Both the position numbers and the translations under genes were made by a program. Under the pieces are notes generated by a model that had not been told where the DNA came from, did no database searches, and saw only the letters and a program-made list of their open reading frames with translations. Below are positions 62,389-64,000 of a stretch of DNA of 64,000 nucleotides, one piece after another. The stretch is from Azolla caroliniana (lineage: Eukaryota; Plantae; Polypodiophyta). Position 1 is the stretch's first letter. Each line of letters begins with the position of its first letter. Where the stretch lies: the NCBI GenBank assembly GCA_043228905.1, contig JBHGNT010000010.1, positions 6,262,001 through 6,326,000 of the forward strand, given 5' to 3'.

Positions 62389-62800
62389 TGGGCCAAGATG
62401 GTCATAATCATGTACACTCGTAATTTGACTTGTTTCTCCGAGGTGGGGGGGGGGGGGGGGGGGAATTGACGATATAAACTCGGGCGGATTAGTTTTTCGG
62501 CAATCGTCTCACAACTATTATAAACATGGCGAGTGATTGAGTTGCGATAGGATTCATTATAAACAGTTTGGTTTTTGTTTTCTATAAATAGATGGTTCGG
62601 TTCGGTTTCAAGGAAAAGAAACCGAACCGAACCGAACCGAACCGAAACCGAGTCGGACCATTAGCAACTTACCACACACACGTTTCCGTGCTCTTCACGA
62701 AACCCTATTCGCTTTTGCCCTAAAATATGTACTACTACTAGCAAACGCCTGCCTACCTCTCTCTGTGCGCCTGCCTGTCTCGTGCCTCAGTAACCCTAAT
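62389..62800 (+). promoter_or_regulatory. Cytochrome c promoter region with site II and telo-box motifs
   Basis: TGGGCC at 62389-62394, AAACCCTA at 62700-62707, AACCCTAA near 62792, and an inverted (GGTTC)n/(GAACC)n block at 62594-62650. Confidence 0.5.
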
Positions 62801-62838
62801 CTGTCTGTCTGTCTGTCTTTCTGTCTTGTCTTCTCGCC

Positions 62839-62950
62839 ATGGCCAGCTTCGGTGATGCTCCCGCCGGAGATCCCAAATCAGGAGAGAAGATCTTCAAGAC
62901 CAAGTGCTCACAGTGCCATGTTGTCGAGAAAGGCGCTGGACACAAGCAAG
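62839..62950 (+). CDS. CYTC: Mitochondrial cytochrome c, exon 1 (the rest lies beyond the window)
   Basis: [38 protein letters not shown] with the CxxCH heme motif; phase-1 GT donor at 62951, the usual plant position. Confidence 0.96.
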
Positions 62951-64000
62951 GTATCTCTCTCCCCCCCACCTTCCCTCCCTCCATTGCTCTCTTCCTCATT
63001 TCTTTCTGCTTTCGCCACAGAATCTGCCTGTCTCTGTCGAAACTGCCTTTCTTTCCGCATCTTTATGTTCTCCAAGGTCGGGACTTTAAATCCTGTACCG
63101 AGAGGTTAATGCTTTCTTTTAGATCAATGTATGGATTATTGATCATCGAAACATATGATGGATCATGGCCTTCTATAGACAGAGGATAATAGTAGAAATC
63201 TGCGTTCTTCTGGATAGCGCATCGTTTCGCTACTGATCTTTGTTGAAACGTTTATTTTTCTTGATTGGTACGCTTCCGAGAGCCCGTTGTCACTTATGTA
63301 CAATGGGGATTGATGCATCCCGAAGTATCAATACATGTATTTGTTTTTATCTTACGTCTCTGTGTTTCTTGGTCTGCCTTGCGAAATGTCTTGGCCTTTG
63401 TCCCGGAGACCAGGCTGTGGAATCTTCATATAAGACCTCTATTTGGTAAACATACATTCTTTCTAGAAGATTCCTCTTGTCTTTCTTGATTTTCCTTCCA
63501 AAATTATGCCATTACCTCTGATAGATCTGTTTCTCAAAATCTGTTTGTGCGAGAATGTTTGTGTCTCTTTTGAATGTCCCCTGCATTCTTCGTTTTCCTT
63601 CGACGGTCGAGCCAGATAATCCACTGGCATAACTGCATGAGAGATGTAATTTATATCCATTAGCTCGCCTCTCAAGATTACGCCATTAACTTTAATAAAC
63701 GATCAAAGTTTTTTAAATCTGTAAACGGGAGACCGTTTATTTCGGTATGGAGGATTATTTTCATGTGCATGCTTTTCTTTCTCTCATAGTTGTATGAAAG
63801 ATATATATGCATATCCATTAGATGAATTATCTGCATATATGGTAATATTCCTTCTGCTGAAGGGTTCAGGATCAGGTTATCGTACAGACAGATGTATGGA
63901 GTTGCATACTCATGTGAGGAACTATGCAAATCACTCAAATTCAATTTTCATGATTGTGGATGTCTTGAGCCAGATGAGTATAAAGAATGTTGAGGAATGG

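Noticed and set aside
62951-63189. ORF extension of cytochrome c to 116 aa
   Set aside because: It is read-through into a pyrimidine-rich intron after the GT donor, and the expected GPNL continuation is absent.

Overview
Eukaryotic land-plant nuclear DNA, probably from a large-genome non-seed plant such as a fern or lycophyte (inference from the gene and TE families present). Three host genes are visible: exon 1 of an ABHD11-like alpha/beta hydrolase (minus strand, 7071-7311); a complete 11-exon RNF216/TRIAD3-type RBR E3 ubiquitin ligase (plus, 14309-17724, about 427 aa); and exon 1 of mitochondrial cytochrome c (plus, 62839-62950). Most of the remainder is transposon DNA. A 38-kb nested LTR-retrotransposon cluster (19398-57575) can be unpacked using LTR pairs, primer-binding sites (PBS) and target-site duplications (TSD). 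Copia A hosts copia B, copia E and gypsy H. B hosts gypsy C, whose 3' LTR holds solo LTR D, which holds a hAT element. E hosts copia F, which hosts the Athila-like gypsy G. G is the most interesting element: its LTRs look identical, and it carries an extra ~1034-codon sense ORF after pol that appears to have its own internal promoter. All family assignments were made by eye from motifs; no database search was run.
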